Origin: Candidatus Saganbacteria bacterium
GTDB lineage: Bacteria > Margulisbacteria > WOR-1 > JAKLHX01
Assembly (NCBI GenBank): GCA_026387835.1
Contig: JAPLKZ010000010.1
Location: 1-32,000 of the forward strand
DNA length: 32,000 nt
Direction: 5' to 3'
Positions 19,109 through 30,161 of this stretch are shown here, in pieces (positions within the stretch are counted from its first letter, which is position 1; every line of letters starts with the position of its first letter). Below the pieces are notes generated by a model. It searched no databases and was not told where the DNA came from. It saw nothing but the letters and a program-made list of their open reading frames with translations. A program made the translations under genes and the position numbers.

Positions 19109-22100
19109 TTACTCCTTTTTACCGTGGGTAGGGACTATGTCCAGATACCTGTACCCGACAAAACCCGTTCCCGCAGGTATAAGCCTTCCGATTATTACGT
19201 TCTCTTTCAGCCCGTACATCTGGTCTATCTTTCCCCTGATGGCCGCATCGGTCAGTATCCTTGCCGTCTCCTGAAATGATGCCGCGGATATGAAGCTCTC
19301 CGTCAGGAGCGAAGCCTTTGTTATTCCTAAAAGGACCTGTGAGGCCGTCGATTTTTCACCCTTCGTATCTTCGCAGATCCGGTCGAACTCTTTTTTATCT
19401 ATCAACTCTCCGGGCAGCAGCATCGTGTCGCCCGAAGTAAGTATCCTGACCTTTTTTGTCATCTGCCGGACCGCTGTCTCGACATGTTTATCGTGTATTG
19501 TCACTCCCTGCAGCCTGTATATTTTCTGTATCTCGTTCACAAGATGCCTTTGGACCGCTTCTTCGCCTTTTATCGCCAGAATATCATGCGGGTTGACCGT
19601 ACCAAAAGTCAGATGTGCCCCTTTATGCACTTTGTCGCCCTTTGCCACTCTGATCCTTACATCGTAAGGTATGAAGTAATCCCTTATATCGTCCTTTTCA
19701 CCGTGAATTATTACGTGCCTTTCGCCTTCTTTGTCCTTGATGTCCACTTTGCCGTCGATCTCCGAAAGGATCACGGAATCCTTGGGCTTCCTTGCCTCAA
19801 ACAGCTCTTCGACTTTCGGAAGACCCTGAATGATGTCCTTTGTCTTGCTGGGATCGCGGCTCAGGCTCTCCACTTTTGCGATCACTTCATAGCTTCCAAG
19901 CACGTCGCCGTCGCTTGCAAGAAGCCTTGAACCCGAAGGTATCTGGTAATATTCTCCCTGCGCGGTCACTACATTCTTGTGTTTTCCTCCTTCTTCGATA
20001 TCAATGACCACTCCCGGCGTCCTCGCGGTGACATCGGCCGATATTTCCGTCCCGATATTGACGGCATCCCCTATCCTTACGAACAACCTTGCCGTTTTAG
20101 GGGCCTCATATTCCTTCAGGACCTTAGGATTGTAGATGAATGCCATCCCGTCATTTTTTGTAAGGGTTTCCAGTACTGTCCTCTCGTCTATCTTCTTTTT
20201 TCTTTCAAACGTCTCGATGTTCATCAGCTTCAGCTTGCCCTCGGATGTTGCGATGATGTAATCGTATGTCGGGTCATATTCCGCCAGGACCTGCGCAGCG
20301 TCTACATGGTCACCGTCATGAACGTTCATCGTAGAACCGACAGGTATGTTATATTCTTCTTCTCTTTCCTTGAGGCTCACCTTTACATCGGATTCCCTGG
20401 TAACGATCTTCACTTTTTTCCCAAGATCATCCGCTATCGATTTTACTTCAAGGTCCTCGCCCCATTTTACTTTCCCCGCGTGCTTCGCTTTTATCTGGAT
20501 CTTGGCCGTAGTGTGCAGAGCGATGCCTCCTATATGGAACGTCCTCATTGTGAGCTGCGTGCCCGGCTCCCCGATAGACTGAGCGGCTGTTATTCCGACA
20601 GCCTCGCCTATGTTGATCAGTTTACCGGTCGCAAGATCCCTTCCGTAACAGACCTGGCAGATCCCTCTTTTTGCTTTGCACTTAAGAGGTGACCTGACCT
20701 CGATACTTTCAATGCCGGCTTCCCCTATTTTTTCGGCTTTTTCTTCCGTTATCTCGTCTCCCGAAGCGACGATCACTTTTCCCGAGATCGGGTCCTGGAC
20801 CTTTGAGGCTGCCATTCTGCCATAAATCCTTGTGCGCAGCGGGATTATTTCTTCATATCCTTCCCTGACGCTTGAGACCGTTATTCCTTTTTTAGTGCCG
20901 CAATCTTCTTCTGTTATCATGACGTCCTGTGCCACGTCCACAAGGCGCCTTGTCAGGTATCCCGAATCAGCGGTCCTTAAGGCCGTATCCACTAACCCTT
21001 TCCTGGCTCCGTACGATGATATGAAATATTCCGTGACCGTCAGCCCTTCTTTGAAATTTGTCTTGATAGGTATCTCGATGATATTCCCTGAAGGATCGGC
21101 CATCAGGCCCCTGATCCCGGAAAGCTGTCTTACCTGCTGCAGTGAACCTCTCGCGCCCGAGAACGCCATCAGGTACACCGAATTTAATTTGTCGAACTCA
21201 TTGAGCATCGATTGCGTGACGTCCGTCGTGACTTTGCTCCATACATCAAGTGTTTTTATGAACTTTTCTTTGGAAGATATATGCCCGTTCTTTTCCATCT
21301 TCTCAAGCTGTTTAATTTCTTCTTCCGCGGTCCCGACGATCTCCTTCTTGTTCTTTGGGACCACAAGGTCATCGAGGCCGATCGATATCCCGGCAAGAGT
21401 TGCGTATTTGAAACCAAGCCTTTTTATCTCATCGGCGATGTCCGCGGCCACCGCGGACCCGAACTTGTAATAGCATTCCTTGACCAGTTCTTCCACCCTT
21501 CCCTTATTGAAAGTGTGGTCCCTGTAGTCTAGGGTTATTTCGGGCATTCTTCTTTTTATCGCATTATTGATCGTATTATTGAATTTAATGCGACCGACCG
21601 TGGTCTCGACAAACTCACCGCCGCGCCTGACCTTGATCTTTGCGTGCAGATGTATCTCGCTGAGATCGTGAGCGAACATAGCTTCTTCATCATCCGCAAA
21701 TATCATCCCCGCGCCTTTTGACTGGTTATCATCCAGGTATGTCATGTAATAAGTCCCTAGTATCATGTCCTGGGTCGGAGTGACTATAGGCCTTCCCGAG
21801 GCGGGGGACAGGATATTGTTGGATGAAAGCATCAGGAGCCTTGCTTCAACCTGCGCTTCGGGAAGCAGGGGCACATGGACCGCCATCTGGTCCCCGTCGA
21901 AATCCGCGTTGAACGCCGTGCACACCAGCGGATGTATCTGTATCGCTTTGCCTTCAACAAGCACCGGTTCGAAAGCCTGTATGCCAAGCCTGTGCAGCGT
22001 TGGCGCTCTGTTAAGCATTACCACCTGTCCCTTTATGACCTCTTCCAAAATATCCCAGACCGCCACATCTTTTCTTTCAAGCTGCCTTTTAGCGCTTTTT

Positions 22101-23290
22101 ACATTTTGGGAAAGTCCCTTTTCGACCAGTTTTCTTATGACGAAAGGCTTGAAAAGCTCCAGGGCCATGCTTTTCGGGAGCCCGCACTGGTGCATCTTTA
22201 AAGAAGGACCTACGACTATCACCGATCTTCCCGAATAATCTGCCCTCTTACCGAGCAGGTTCTGCCTGAAACGGCCCTGTTTTCCTTCGATGATGTCCGA
22301 AAGTGATTTAAGCGGTCTGCCGTTCGAGCCCGTGACCGCGCGTTTTCTTTTACCGTTGTCGATCAGCACGTCCACCGATTCCTGGAGCATCCTCTTTTCG
22401 TTCCTTATGATCATCTCGGGAGCGCCCATCGCTATCATCTTCTTAAGACGGTTATTTCTGTTGAGCACCCTTCGGTAGAGATCATTAAGGTCTGATGTTG
22501 CGAACCTTCCGCCTTCAAGCTGCACCATCGGCCTGAGGTCCGGAGGCATCACGGGGACTACCTCCAGTATCATCCATTCGGGCCTGTTGCCGGAATCAAG
22601 GAACGCTTCGGCAACCCTCAGCCTTTTGACTATCCTTATCTTTTTCTGGCTGTTCGCGCCCTTTGCGTCCTTTTTATTGAGCTCTTTGCGGAGCGATTTT
22701 ACCAGATCGGGCAGATCGATCTTCGATAATAGTTCCCTGACCGGTTTTGCGCCCGTATCCGCTTTAAAACTGTTGCCGTATTTCTCCTTGAACTCCTGAT
22801 ACTGCCCCTCTTTGAGGATATCGCAGACTTTTATCTTGCCTTTCAGGTCGTCCGAAGCTTCTGTCACTATGTATGAATCGTAATATATTACCTCTTCGAG
22901 GGATTTATTTGATACGTCAAGGAGAAGTCCTATATACCCGGGAATACCGCGCAAAAACCACACGTGGGAAACGGGGACGCAAAGTCTGATGTGCGCCATT
23001 CTTTCCCTTCTGACACGGGAAGTCGTCACCTCGACACCGCATCTTTCACAGATTATCCCGCGGTATCTCACCCTCCTGTACCTGCCGCAATGGCATTCCC
23101 AGTCCTTTACCGGACCGAATATTTTTTCACAGAAAAGGCCTTTTCTCTCCGGCTTGAATGTCCTGTAATTTATTGTCTCCGGTTTTTCGACTTCCCCGTG
23201 CGACCATGACAATATGCGCTCGGTCGAGACGAGCCCTATTTTCAGGAAATCGAACCAGCTTAATTCGGGCCTTGGGCTTTTGTCGGGCAT
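19109..23290 (-). CDS. rpoC: DNA-directed RNA polymerase subunit beta'
   Basis: 1393 aa; N-terminal zinc site [20 protein letters not shown]; catalytic [12 protein letters not shown]; [13 protein letters not shown]. Confidence 0.99.
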   Translation of the reverse strand: MPDKSPRPELSWFDFLKIGLVSTERILSWSHGEVEKPETINYRTFKPERKGLFCEKIFGPVKDWECHCGRYRRVRYRGIICERCGVEVTTSRVRRERMAHIRLCVPVSHVWFLRGIPGYIGLLLDVSNKSLEEVIYYDSYIVTEASDDLKGKIKVCDILKEGQYQEFKEKYGNSFKADTGAKPVRELLSKIDLPDLVKSLRKELNKKDAKGANSQKKIRIVKRLRVAEAFLDSGNRPEWMILEVVPVMPPDLRPMVQLEGGRFATSDLNDLYRRVLNRNNRLKKMIAMGAPEMIIRNEKRMLQESVDVLIDNGKRKRAVTGSNGRPLKSLSDIIEGKQGRFRQNLLGKRADYSGRSVIVVGPSLKMHQCGLPKSMALELFKPFVIRKLVEKGLSQNVKSAKRQLERKDVAVWDILEEVIKGQVVMLNRAPTLHRLGIQAFEPVLVEGKAIQIHPLVCTAFNADFDGDQMAVHVPLLPEAQVEARLLMLSSNNILSPASGRPIVTPTQDMILGTYYMTYLDDNQSKGAGMIFADDEEAMFAHDLSEIHLHAKIKVRRGGEFVETTVGRIKFNNTINNAIKRRMPEITLDYRDHTFNKGRVEELVKECYYKFGSAVAADIADEIKRLGFKYATLAGISIGLDDLVVPKNKKEIVGTAEEEIKQLEKMEKNGHISSKEKFIKTLDVWSKVTTDVTQSMLNEFDKLNSVYLMAFSGARGSLQQVRQLSGIRGLMADPSGNIIEIPIKTNFKEGLTVTEYFISSYGARKGLVDTALRTADSGYLTRRLVDVAQDVMITEEDCGTKKGITVSSVREGYEEIIPLRTRIYGRMAASKVQDPISGKVIVASGDEITEEKAEKIGEAGIESIEVRSPLKCKAKRGICQVCYGRDLATGKLINIGEAVGITAAQSIGEPGTQLTMRTFHIGGIALHTTAKIQIKAKHAGKVKWGEDLEVKSIADDLGKKVKIVTRESDVKVSLKEREEEYNIPVGSTMNVHDGDHVDAAQVLAEYDPTYDYIIATSEGKLKLMNIETFERKKKIDERTVLETLTKNDGMAFIYNPKVLKEYEAPKTARLFVRIGDAVNIGTEISADVTARTPGVVIDIEEGGKHKNVVTAQGEYYQIPSGSRLLASDGDVLGSYEVIAKVESLSRDPSKTKDIIQGLPKVEELFEARKPKDSVILSEIDGKVDIKDKEGERHVIIHGEKDDIRDYFIPYDVRIRVAKGDKVHKGAHLTFGTVNPHDILAIKGEEAVQRHLVNEIQKIYRLQGVTIHDKHVETAVRQMTKKVRILTSGDTMLLPGELIDKKEFDRICEDTKGEKSTASQVLLGITKASLLTESFISAASFQETARILTDAAIRGKIDQMYGLKENVIIGRLIPAGTGFVGYRYLDIVPTHGKKE

Positions 23291-23291
23291 T

Positions 23292-26200
23292 TTATCTCTC
23301 TTTCAGCGGTTTTGACAGGAATGTCTTTCTTCTTGCCATATCCGTCGCCTTGCCGCTCTCTTCGTCAAGATTGATCTCCTTGCCGTCCTTAGTTATCAGC
23401 TTCAGGTCAAGCGCCAGGCTCCTCAGTTCTTTCACCAGGACTTTGAACGATTCAGGGGTCCCCGGTTTTGCCATCGGCTTGCCTTTTATTATTGATTCGT
23501 AAACTTTCGATCTTCCGCCCACATCGTCGGATTTTATCGTCAGAAGCTCCTGGAGGCAGTGCGCCGCGCCGTACGCCTCGAGCGCCCACACTTCCATCTC
23601 ACCGAACCTCTGTCCTCCGAACTGGGCTTTGCCCCCCAGCGGCTGCTGCGTTATCAATGAATACGGACCGGTGGAACGCGCGTGCATCTTATCATCGACA
23701 AGGTGTATAAGTTTCATTATATACATGCACCCGCAGACTACGTCCCTTTCGAAAGCCCTGCCCGTCCTTCCGTCGCGGAGCGCTATTTTCCCTGTCTTTG
23801 AGAGCCAGTGGTATCCGGATTCTATGGCGGCTTTTTCCAGTTCTCTTTCTATCAGCTTTATCGATGCATCTTCCTCTATCGTCTCGTCAAATGATATGAC
23901 TTTATAATGTTTTTTTAATATATATGCGGCTTCTCCGAGCAGCAGTTCGAATATCTGCCCGACGTTCATCCTTGAAGGCACTCCAAGCGGGTTTAGTATG
24001 ATGTCTACAGGCGTTCCGTCAGGAAGATACGGCATGTCCTCTACCGGCAGTACCCTGGCGACAACGCCTTTGTTGCCGTGGCGCCCCGCCAGTTTATCGC
24101 CTATGGAGACCTTTCTCATCTGAGCGATATACACCCGGATTATTTCATGGACTCCCGGAGCCAGCTCATCGCCTTCTTCCCTTGAAAAAGTCCTGACCGC
24201 CACGATTTTTCCCACTTCACCCGGGGGAACCTTCAGTGAAGTATCCCTCATATCGCGGGCTTTATCCCCGAAGATCGCCCTTAATAGTTTCTCCTCCGCC
24301 GGCAGTTCGGTCTCTCCCTTTGGCGTTACTTTTCCGACAAGTATGTCGCCGGGCTTTACTTCGGCCCCTATCATTATGACCCCGCGCTCGTCAAGGTTCT
24401 TTAGCGCATCCTCGCTTACGTTCGGGATCTCTCTTGTGATCTCTTCCATCCCGAGCTTTGTCGTCCTTACGTCGATCTCGAACCTCTCTATATGTACCGA
24501 AGTAAAGACATCGTCTATTACAAGCCTTTCGCTTAAGAGGATGGCATCCTCAAAGTTATATCCTTCCCAGGGCATGAACGCCACAAGCACGTTCTTTCCG
24601 AGAGCGATCTCCCCTTTATCCGTTGTGGAGCCGTCCGCTATGACGTCGCCTTTTTTTACTTTATCGCCGTTCTTTACGATGGGTCTCTGGTGCAGGCATG
24701 TGTTCTGGTTGCTTCTCTGAAATTTTATTAAGCGGTACTCATCGTTTTTCCCCGTGTCCAACTTAATGATTATATCTTCCGAGGTCACTTTTGACACCAC
24801 GCCCGAGTTCCTTGCTATGACGGGGACCCCCGAATCCACCGCGGTCTGCATCTCCAGTCCCGTGCCGATGAAAGGAGCTTCGGGGCTCAGGATCGGGACA
24901 GACTGGCGCTGCATGTTGGCCCCCATAAGCGCGCGGTTAGCGTCATCATGCTCGAGGAACGGGATCAAAGCCGTGGTGATACTGAACACCTGTGCCGGAT
25001 GCACGCCGATGTAGTCTACTTCATCGCTCGGGGCCAGGGTGAACTCGCGTTTATATCTTACAACCGAGGTCTTCTCGACTATCCTTGAGTGATCGTCCAC
25101 TTTGATGTCGCAGGGCCCGATCTTATAAAGGTCTTCCGTGTCGGCGGTCATATATTCTACTTTATCCGTGACTTTACCGCTGACTACTTTGTAATAAGGG
25201 GTTTCGATAAAACCGTATTTATTCACTTTTGCGAATGTCGCAAGCGAAGAGATTATTCCCGCGTTCGGGCCTTCGGGTGTCTCGATCGGGCAGATGCGGC
25301 CGTAATGCGAAGGATGAATGTCCCTTACTTCAAATCCGGCCCTTTCCCTTGTCAGACCGCCGGGGCCCAGCGCGCTGAGACGCCTTTTGTGGGTCAATTC
25401 AGACAACGGATTTGTCTGGTCCATGAACTGCGAAAGCTGGCTTGATCCAAAAAATTCCCTCAGCACCGCCACTATCGGCCTTATGTTTATCAGCTGCTGC
25501 GGCCCGACTTTTTCACCGCTTCTTATCACCATCTGTTCTCTTATCAGCCTTTCAACCCTTATCAACCCTACCCTGAACTGCCTTTGCAGCAATTCCCCGA
25601 CCGACCTTATGCGCCTGTTGCCGAGATGGTCGATATCGTCCGGCAAACCCTCGCCTTTGTTAAGCGCTATCAGATATGCCACGGAACCAAGTATGTCCTC
25701 TTTTGTCAGAACGCGTTTACTGTCGGGTATGTCAAGGCCAAGCTTCTTGTTCACCTTGTGACGCCCCACGCGCCCGAGATCGTATCTTTTTGAATTGAAG
25801 AAAAGATTGTTCAGATATACCTGCGCACCTTCTTTAGTCACGGGATCTCCCGGCCGCAGTTTTCTGTATATCTCAAGCAGGGCATCCTCTTTTGATTTTA
25901 CCGGCGCTTCCTTCAATGTCTTTCTTCTTATTTCGTTGTCCGCAAGCGAGTCGCTTATCTGTTTCTCGGTACATCCTATCGCGGACAGGAATTTTGTTAT
26001 TGCAACTTTCTTTGTCCTGTTTATCCTGGCGAAAACTACGCCGCTGTTGTCTATCTCGATCTCCAGCCATGACCCGCGGTCAGGCACTATGGTCGAGTAG
26101 TAAAGAGGCTTTCCGGTCCTTCCTGAGATCTTGCTTTTCCTGAAATAGACCCCGGACGACCTGACAAGCTGGCTCACGACCACCCTTTCAGCGCCATTAA

Positions 26201-26561
26201 TAATAAAAGTGGCCCTGGTTGTCATCAAAGGAAGATCACCTATAAAGACTTCCTGCACTTTTATTTCACCGCTTTCCTTGTCTATCAGCCTCGCAGTGAC
26301 GTTCAAAGGAGCGCAGTAAGTGACCTCTTTGATAAGGCTCTGCTCCGCCGAGTGCTTTGGCTTGCTCAGCTTATAGGCACCGGTGAACTCAAGCTCGTAT
26401 TTTCCGCCGTATCCCTTGATCGGCGATATCGCTTTGAGTTCTTCCTTAAGCCCTTCGTCAAGGAACCACTGGAAGGAATCCTTCTGCATCTCCAAAAGGT
26501 CCGGCGGGTCCATGTCGAATTTATCTACCGCGTACGGATTTATTCTGTTACTTGATCTCAA
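23292..26561 (-). CDS. rpoB: DNA-directed RNA polymerase subunit beta
   Basis: 1089 aa; [61 protein letters not shown]-like block, [14 protein letters not shown]; apparent TTG start inside the rplL 3' end with AGGAGG 5 nt upstream. Confidence 0.99.
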   Translation of the reverse strand: MRSSNRINPYAVDKFDMDPPDLLEMQKDSFQWFLDEGLKEELKAISPIKGYGGKYELEFTGAYKLSKPKHSAEQSLIKEVTYCAPLNVTARLIDKESGEIKVQEVFIGDLPLMTTRATFIINGAERVVVSQLVRSSGVYFRKSKISGRTGKPLYYSTIVPDRGSWLEIEIDNSGVVFARINRTKKVAITKFLSAIGCTEKQISDSLADNEIRRKTLKEAPVKSKEDALLEIYRKLRPGDPVTKEGAQVYLNNLFFNSKRYDLGRVGRHKVNKKLGLDIPDSKRVLTKEDILGSVAYLIALNKGEGLPDDIDHLGNRRIRSVGELLQRQFRVGLIRVERLIREQMVIRSGEKVGPQQLINIRPIVAVLREFFGSSQLSQFMDQTNPLSELTHKRRLSALGPGGLTRERAGFEVRDIHPSHYGRICPIETPEGPNAGIISSLATFAKVNKYGFIETPYYKVVSGKVTDKVEYMTADTEDLYKIGPCDIKVDDHSRIVEKTSVVRYKREFTLAPSDEVDYIGVHPAQVFSITTALIPFLEHDDANRALMGANMQRQSVPILSPEAPFIGTGLEMQTAVDSGVPVIARNSGVVSKVTSEDIIIKLDTGKNDEYRLIKFQRSNQNTCLHQRPIVKNGDKVKKGDVIADGSTTDKGEIALGKNVLVAFMPWEGYNFEDAILLSERLVIDDVFTSVHIERFEIDVRTTKLGMEEITREIPNVSEDALKNLDERGVIMIGAEVKPGDILVGKVTPKGETELPAEEKLLRAIFGDKARDMRDTSLKVPPGEVGKIVAVRTFSREEGDELAPGVHEIIRVYIAQMRKVSIGDKLAGRHGNKGVVARVLPVEDMPYLPDGTPVDIILNPLGVPSRMNVGQIFELLLGEAAYILKKHYKVISFDETIEEDASIKLIERELEKAAIESGYHWLSKTGKIALRDGRTGRAFERDVVCGCMYIMKLIHLVDDKMHARSTGPYSLITQQPLGGKAQFGGQRFGEMEVWALEAYGAAHCLQELLTIKSDDVGGRSKVYESIIKGKPMAKPGTPESFKVLVKELRSLALDLKLITKDGKEINLDEESGKATDMARRKTFLSKPLKER

Positions 26562-26916
26562 CGACGCCTCCTTGCTCTTCCAGTTTTTTCTTTATTTCTT
26601 CCGCTTCGGCTTTTTTGATCTTGGATTTTACCGGTTTTGGAGTAGTGTCCACCAGGTCTTTTGCTTCCTTCAGTCCCAGCCCGGTTATTTCACGCACTAC
26701 CTTCAGGACCTGGATCTTCTTATCGCCGACGCTGGTAAGTATGACATCGACCTCATCCTTTACCTCTTCTGCCGGTCCCGCCGCGGCCCCTGCCATTACA
26801 GCTACCGGTGCTGCCGCCGTCACGCCGAACTTCTCTTCAAGCGCCTTCACCAGGTCGGACAGCTCTAACACCGTCAGGCCTTCGACCGTTGTTATGACAT
26901 CTTCTATCTTACCCAT
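26548..26916 (-). CDS. rplL: 50S ribosomal protein L7/L12
   Basis: [27 protein letters not shown]...[47 protein letters not shown]. Confidence 0.98.
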   Translation of the reverse strand: MGKIEDVITTVEGLTVLELSDLVKALEEKFGVTAAAPVAVMAGAAAGPAEEVKDEVDVILTSVGDKKIQVLKVVREITGLGLKEAKDLVDTTPKPVKSKIKKAEAEEIKKKLEEQGGVVEIK

Positions 26917-26922
26917 CTTTCA

Positions 26923-27453
26923 TCACGCTCCTTTCTTTTTTTGTATCTCGTTCAATGCGATCACGAACTTTCTTATCGGTCCCTGGAGGACCCTTACAAA
27001 ACCCGTTATCGGCGATTTCATCCCGGCAAAAGCCATCGCCAGGAGCGCTTCCCTGCCGGGCAGCGCCGCGAGTTTTTTTACCTGTGAAGCGTCGATAAGC
27101 TTACCTTCCATCACGGCCGCTTTGACCAATGGTTTTTCGTTTTCCTTGATGAATGCCGTCAGTATCTTTGCCGGCCCTATCATATCCCCGAAACCGAATA
27201 TTACGGATGTCGGGCCATTGAACGTTTTTTTAAGTTCCTCCTTGAAATCTCCTTCTATTGTCCTTGCCGCCAGAGTGTTCTTGACGACCTTATACTGCGC
27301 GTTCACATTCCACAATTTTCTTCTCAGTGCCGTCATCTGCGCTACCGTAAGCCCTTTATGATCTGTGAATATCATTATGTTGCTTTTTCCCGCCTTGTCC
27401 CTGATGTCTTCTATCTGGGCGGTTTTTTCGGGTCTTGGTTGTTTGTCCGTCAT
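26923..27453 (-). CDS. rplJ: 50S ribosomal protein L10
   Basis: MTDKQPRPEKTAQIEDIRDKAGKSNIMIFTDHKGLTVAQMTALRRKLWNVNAQYKVVKNTLAARTI; start refined to the ATG at 27453 with GGAGG upstream. Confidence 0.95.
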   Translation of the reverse strand: MTDKQPRPEKTAQIEDIRDKAGKSNIMIFTDHKGLTVAQMTALRRKLWNVNAQYKVVKNTLAARTIEGDFKEELKKTFNGPTSVIFGFGDMIGPAKILTAFIKENEKPLVKAAVMEGKLIDASQVKKLAALPGREALLAMAFAGMKSPITGFVRVLQGPIRKFVIALNEIQKKKGA

Positions 27454-27454
27454 C

Positions 27455-28159
27455 CTAGTCCTCCAGCTCCTTTGCCAGTTTTGACACATTCAGCTTGATC
27501 CCGGGCCCCATCGTCGTTGAAACGGTCGCCGATTTCATAAATATGCCTTTTAAAGCGCTCGGCTTTGCCTTGTTTATGGCTTCGACCGCAGCGGTTATGT
27601 TCGCTTTCAAAGACTTTTCATCGAACGAGATCTTGCCGATCCCCAGATGTATGTTCCCGGTCTTGTCCATCTTAAACTCGAGCTTTCCGGCTTTGAACTC
27701 TCTTACGGCTTTTCCGATATCCATGGCCACCGTTCCCGCTTTCGGGCTTGGCATCAGGCCTTTTTTGCCGAGGACTTTTCCGAGTTTTCCGACCTGAGAC
27801 ATAATATCCGGAGTTGCAAGGACCAGGTCAAAATCAAGCCAGCCGGCCGAGATCTTTTCAACGAGGTCTTCGGCGCCCACGGCATCCGCCCCTGCCTCTT
27901 CAGCTTCTTTGTATTTGTCGCCTTTTGTCAGGACGACTATTTTTATTTTTTTTCCGGTACCGGCAGGCAGCGCGAACGTGCCTCTTACGCCCTGGTCGCT
28001 TTTCTTGGGATCGACCCCCAGATGCATGGCCAGGTCGACCGTCTCATCGAACTTTGCTCTTGCGGTCTTTTTTAAAAGGTCTACAGCTTCCGCCACCGTG
28101 TACTTTACCTGGTTGTCCACAAGTTTTTGTTTTTCCGTATATTTTTTTCCGCTTTTCAT
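27455..28159 (-). CDS. rplA: 50S ribosomal protein L1
   Basis: [70 protein letters not shown]...[11 protein letters not shown]. Confidence 0.98.
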   Translation of the reverse strand: MKSGKKYTEKQKLVDNQVKYTVAEAVDLLKKTARAKFDETVDLAMHLGVDPKKSDQGVRGTFALPAGTGKKIKIVVLTKGDKYKEAEEAGADAVGAEDLVEKISAGWLDFDLVLATPDIMSQVGKLGKVLGKKGLMPSPKAGTVAMDIGKAVREFKAGKLEFKMDKTGNIHLGIGKISFDEKSLKANITAAVEAINKAKPSALKGIFMKSATVSTTMGPGIKLNVSKLAKELED

Positions 28160-28160
28160 C

Positions 28161-28583
28161 CTACTTGACCTCTATTCCCATATTCCTCGCCGTTCCGGCA
28201 ATAATTTTGGAAGCCGCTTCGATCGACATCGCGTTCAGGTCAGGCAGCTTTATTTTGGCGATCTCTTCGAGCTGCGCCCTTGTTATGCTCCCGACTTTTT
28301 CCTTATTAGGCTCTTTTGATCCTTTTTCCACACCAGCAGCTTTTCTGATCAAAACCGCCGCGGGAGGGGTCTTAAGTACGAAAGAAAAAGACCTGTCTTC
28401 AAATATTGATATTTCGACCGGGATGACGGTATCGCCCTTATCTCCCGTAGAAGCGTTATATGCCTTGCAGAACTCCATGATATTGACACCGTGCTGGCCA
28501 AGGGCAGGCCCTATCGGCGGCGCGGGGTTGGCTTTTCCCGCCTGTATCTGGAGCTTTATCTTTGTAAGTATTTTTTTTGCCAT
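28161..28583 (-). CDS. rplK: 50S ribosomal protein L11
   Basis: [39 protein letters not shown]...[14 protein letters not shown]...[13 protein letters not shown]. Confidence 0.98.
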   Translation of the reverse strand: MAKKILTKIKLQIQAGKANPAPPIGPALGQHGVNIMEFCKAYNASTGDKGDTVIPVEISIFEDRSFSFVLKTPPAAVLIRKAAGVEKGSKEPNKEKVGSITRAQLEEIAKIKLPDLNAMSIEAASKIIAGTARNMGIEVK

Positions 28584-28585
28584 TT

Positions 28586-29428
28586 TTATACTATCTTTTC
28601 TACCCTGTCAAAATCCACCTCGACCGACGTGTCCCTTCCGAATATGTTTATCATCGCCTTCAGCTTTGATTTTGCCGGTATCACTTCCGATACCGAACCT
28701 GTATATCCCCTGAATGACCCGCTGATTATCCTTATCGGCTCCCCGTTCTCAAACTCGACCTTTATCTCTTTTCCCTTTATACCGAGCTGCTTGAGGACCC
28801 TCTGCATCTCCCTGTCCGTCACGGCCTGCGGCTTGATCTTTCCTCCTATGAACCTTGCGACCCCCGCGGTGCTCCTTATTTTGTACCAGGTGTCCTCGTC
28901 AAGGGCCATCTCTATGAACACATAGCCGGGGTACATCTTTCTTTTTCTTTCGATCCTTTTGTTCCCCTTGATCTCTACAGTCTCTTCCTCGGGCACAAGC
29001 ACCCTGAATATCTTTTCTTTTAACCCGAGCTCTTCGATGCTTCCCTCGATCCTTTCCTTTACCCTGTCCTCCTGCCCCGTAAGCGTCTGGACAATATACC
29101 ATCTCGGTTCAGGCTTCGCTTCCGGTTCCGTTGTTTCCCCGGCCGGCGAATCCTCCGTCCTTATCTCATCTATTACTTCCTCTTTACTTTCTTCTTTTTC
29201 CTCCGCCTTCGCTTCCGACTGTTCAGGCTTTTCCTGAGGTTCTGCCCCGCTGTTTTCATCCGCCGCTTCTGTCTTTATCTCTTCTTTTATCTCTTCTTTC
29301 GTTTCTTCTTTTGACTCTTCTACCGCCTCTTTTGCATCTTCGACATTTATTACAGCCTGAACCTCATTTTCAGGTTCCGCTTTTATTTCTTCACGATCTT
29401 CGCTTATTATTTCTTTTTCCATACTCAA
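28586..29428 (-). CDS. nusG: Transcription termination/antitermination protein NusG with acidic N-terminal extension
   Basis: Core [20 protein letters not shown]...[41 protein letters not shown]...[21 protein letters not shown] (KOW), preceded by about 107 aa of Glu-rich sequence. Confidence 0.97.
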   Translation of the reverse strand: MSMEKEIISEDREEIKAEPENEVQAVINVEDAKEAVEESKEETKEEIKEEIKTEAADENSGAEPQEKPEQSEAKAEEKEESKEEVIDEIRTEDSPAGETTEPEAKPEPRWYIVQTLTGQEDRVKERIEGSIEELGLKEKIFRVLVPEEETVEIKGNKRIERKRKMYPGYVFIEMALDEDTWYKIRSTAGVARFIGGKIKPQAVTDREMQRVLKQLGIKGKEIKVEFENGEPIRIISGSFRGYTGSVSEVIPAKSKLKAMINIFGRDTSVEVDFDRVEKIV

Positions 29429-29658
29429 AAACTTGGCTTGATCAAATAATTCAGGCCCTTGAACATCTCCGCAAAACCCCAGTCCACTAAAAGCACATAA
29501 GCGGAACTCAAAAAGACTATTATCAGGATTATCACCGTCGCGGCCGCAACATATTTTCTGTCCGGCCAGACCACCTTTTTTGCTTCTGTCTCGGTCTCCT
29601 TTAAATAAGTCTTTATCCTTTTTATTATGTCGGACTTTACTTTCTTCTCTTCAGACAT
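29425..29658 (-). CDS. secE: Preprotein translocase subunit SecE
   Basis: IKRIKTYLKETETEAKKVVWPDRKYVAAATVIILIIVFLSSAYVLLVDWGF; between tRNA-Trp and nusG. Confidence 0.95.
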   Translation of the reverse strand: MSEEKKVKSDIIKRIKTYLKETETEAKKVVWPDRKYVAAATVIILIIVFLSSAYVLLVDWGFAEMFKGLNYLIKPSF

Positions 29659-29699
29659 CTCTTTCCTTGCCTTTTAATATCGCCCCCGGCTTTTTTCAG

Positions 29700-29772
<73 letters not shown>

Positions 29773-29779
29773 TTGAAGT

Positions 29780-29807
29780 CACTCGTGACTGGTCGCTAAT
29801 GACTCGC
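29780..29807. repeat. Short degenerate 7-bp-period array (minus strand GCGAGTC-ATTAGCG-ACCAGTC-ACGAGTG)
   Basis: Read by eye; consecutive heptamers matching roughly AYNAGTC, with more degenerate heptads continuing toward rpmG. Confidence 0.5.
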
Positions 29808-29833
29808 GCGGATAACGGGACACTGGCCACTAT

Positions 29834-29983
29834 TTACTTTTCTTCTTTATGCAGAGTTCTTTTCCTGCACGCGTTGCAATACTTTTTTATCGAAAGCTTC
29901 TCGGATCCGGGCTTTTTGTTCCTCGTAGAGCAGTAATTTTTTCTTTTACATGCCGTGCAAGAAAGCGTAATAATTTCTCTCAT
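29834..29983 (-). CDS. rpmG: 50S ribosomal protein L33 (four-Cys form)
   Basis: MREIITLSCTACKRKNYCSTRNKKPGSEKLSIKKYCNACRKRTLHKEEK (49 aa), AAGG about 8 nt upstream; position upstream of tRNA-Trp/secE is canonical. Confidence 0.95.
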   Translation of the reverse strand: MREIITLSCTACKRKNYCSTRNKKPGSEKLSIKKYCNACRKRTLHKEEK

Positions 29984-29997
29984 ACAAATAACCTTAA

Positions 29998-30050
29998 GGG
30001 CACAAAATCCCCCCATCAAAATTTTTTTGAAATTTTACGAGATTTTGCCC
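29998..30050 (-). promoter_or_regulatory. Nested inverted repeat in the rpmG-operon leader
   Basis: Plus strand gggcAcaaaatc (29998-30009) pairs with gattttgccc (30041-30050) with one bulged base; inner aaaattt (30018-30024) pairs with aaatttt (30030-30036). Confidence 0.5.
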
Positions 30051-30081
30051 TTCCTATTGGATCAAAACCGAGCTGAATATA

Positions 30082-30110
30082 ATGTTACAACACGCATCAA
30101 ATCTTGTCAA
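30082..30110 (-). promoter_or_regulatory. Putative sigma-70-like promoter for the rpmG...rpsI cluster
   Basis: Minus strand TTGACA (30110-30105), 17-nt spacer, TAACAT (30087-30082), about 100 nt upstream of the rpmG start. Confidence 0.55.
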
Positions 30111-30132
30111 GGTGGCCTTATTGCATTATAAT
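30104..30132 (+). promoter_or_regulatory. Putative sigma-70-like promoter for the 30162 kinase-like gene
   Basis: TTGTCA (30104-30109), 17-nt spacer, TATAAT (30127-30132), 30 nt upstream of the ATG. Confidence 0.7.
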
Positions 30133-30161
30133 GAAAAGACCTTAAAGGATACTTCGTTATT

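Noticed and set aside
19290-28713. Many long plus-strand ORFs antisense to rpoC, rpoB, rplL/rplJ and rplK (e.g. 19979..20692, 20832..21470, 25318..25761, 26552..27361, 27814..28713)
   Set aside because: They lie wholly opposite unmistakable conserved genes. Their translations are Ser/Leu/Phe-rich shadows of codon bias and show no recognisable domain motifs.
29131-29490. Plus-strand ORF of 119 aa rich in Leu/Pro/Phe opposite the start of nusG
   Set aside because: It is the complement of the GAA/GAG-rich low-complexity tail of NusG; composition explains it.
29777-29790. Palindrome agtcac-tc-gtgact considered as a tRNA processing or terminator hairpin
   Set aside because: The 2-nt loop is sterically tight, and the symmetry is better explained as part of the heptamer array reported separately.
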